Source: an uncultured delta proteobacterium (GTDB taxonomy: Bacteria > Myxococcota_A > UBA9160 > SMWR01). Taken from it: DNA of 64,000 nt. Location of the stretch: positions 311,509 through 375,508 of the forward strand of contig CAWHTE010000005.1 of the NCBI GenBank assembly GCA_963832165.1, given 5' to 3'. This document shows positions 63,007 through 64,000 of the stretch, piece after piece. The notes under the pieces were generated by a model that worked only from the letters and a program-made list of their open reading frames with translations, did not search any database and was not told where the DNA came from. The first letter of the stretch is position 1. Every line of letters starts with the position of its first letter. The translations under genes and the position numbers were made by a program.

Positions 63007-63773
63007 TGCAGGGCCGGATCGCGATCGGCGACTACTCGCTGCGCTATGCGGACTCGGAAAGCGGCGAGCCCGTGTTCCTGTGCGTGCACGGCCTCGCCGA
63101 CACGCTCGAAGTATGGGACGCGCTCGCGGAGCCGCTCGCGCAGCGCGGCCGCGTGGTGCGCATCGACCAGCGCGGCCACGGCGAGTCGGGCGCGCCGGCG
63201 GGTCCCTGCACGCGCGAGGATCTCGCTCGCGATCTGCTGCGCGTGCTCGACGCGCTCGAGGTTTCACGCGCAGTCCTGGTCGGCCATTCGGTGGGCGGGA
63301 TCGTCGCGATGACGGCCGCGCTCGCGGCGCCCGATCGCGTCGCGGGCCTGGTCCTGCTCGGCACCGCGAGCCGCTGCAGCGAGCGCACGGCGGCCTGGTA
63401 CGAGCGGATCGCGCTCGCGGCCGAGCAGCACGGCGGCGAAGGACTCGTGCGCGCGATCTACGGCGAGGGCTCGGGCCGGCGCGTGCGCGGCGACGCGCGC
63501 GCGATCGCGCAGGTCGCACGCATGCTGTGCAGCCTCCATCACGACCCGCTCACGCCGAAGCTCGCCGCGATCGCGTGCCCGGTGCTGCTGCTCGTCGGCG
63601 AGAAGGACCTCATGGGTCCGAAGGCGTCGCAGACGATCCGCGACGCACTGCCGCCCGGCCGCGCGGAGCTGATCGAGATGCCGGGCTGCGGGCACTGGCT
63701 GCAGCTGGACGTGCCCACCGACGTGATCGCCGCGTTCGACCGCTGGTGGGCGCGCGCGCAGGAGGCCGCATGA
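63003..63773 (+). CDS. Alpha/beta hydrolase
   Basis: HG, DQRGHG, GHSVGG, GH motifs. Confidence 0.9.
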   Translation: MMQGRIAIGDYSLRYADSESGEPVFLCVHGLADTLEVWDALAEPLAQRGRVVRIDQRGHGESGAPAGPCTREDLARDLLRVLDALEVSRAVLVGHSVGGIVAMTAALAAPDRVAGLVLLGTASRCSERTAAWYERIALAAEQHGGEGLVRAIYGEGSGRRVRGDARAIAQVARMLCSLHHDPLTPKLAAIACPVLLLVGEKDLMGPKASQTIRDALPPGRAELIEMPGCGHWLQLDVPTDVIAAFDRWWARAQEAA

Positions 63774-64000
63774 GCGAGCGCCGCGTCGAGCTCCTGGATC
63801 CCGAGGCCGCGCGCAAGGCCGCCGACACGGTGGGCGTGCCCACCGCGTTCGCGGACCTGAACATCTTCCGCGTGCTCCTGCACCGCCCCGCAACGGCCAA
63901 GGGCTTCGCCGACCTGCTCGTGTCGCTCCTGTTCCGCGGCGAGCTCGACCACCGGCTTCGCGAGCTCGTGATCATGCGCATCGGCTGGGTGACCGCCTCC
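63770..64000 (+). CDS. Carboxymuconolactone decarboxylase/AhpD-family protein, truncated at right edge
   Basis: Own translation from ATG 63770: ...LNIFRVLLHRP...LDHRLRELVIMRIGW. Confidence 0.75.
   Translation, partial: MSERRVELLDPEAARKAADTVGVPTAFADLNIFRVLLHRPATAKGFADLLVSLLFRGELDHRLRELVIMRIGWVTAS

Overview
High-GC bacterial chromosome segment whose gene content points to Myxococcota or a related former Deltaproteobacterium. Positions 1-18.5 kb hold a type IVa pilus locus (pilB/T/C/S/R, pilM/N/O/P/Q, several frameshifted, no pilin gene) with mglC, an sgmX-like TPR gene, aroB and aroQ. A Y1 HUH (RAYT-like) transposase follows, then ribF, lptF/G, hflKC-SPFH-nfeD, coaBC/coaD/rsmD, a peptidoglycan turnover and recycling cluster (SLT, dacB, spmAB, amgK, murU, MBL hydrolase, anmK), glycosyl/methyltransferases, two-component and sigma54 activator genes, a fliA-like sigma28 with no flagellar genes in the window, PP2C, romR, nadC-birA-coaX, a divergent EF-G, an MglA-like pseudo-GTPase coupled to a degenerate GAF-GGDEF protein, and metabolic genes. 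Main leads: (1) eight T(C/A)A(A/C)-N15/16-n(C/A)CGA sigma28-type promoters, mostly ahead of pilus, polarity and signalling genes, suggesting a sigma54->FliA cascade repurposed for type IV pili; (2) an MglA paralog with natural G21E/T26R/R53P/Q82A changes coupled to a candidate c-di-GMP receptor; (3) a ~42-bp repeat that nests in REP loops and sits in-frame inside birA; (4) a membrane-anchored RelE/HigB-like protein; (5) SpmAB and an MBL hydrolase embedded in the AnmK-AmgK-MurU pathway. All homology calls come from motif recognition and remembered sequences; no searches were run.
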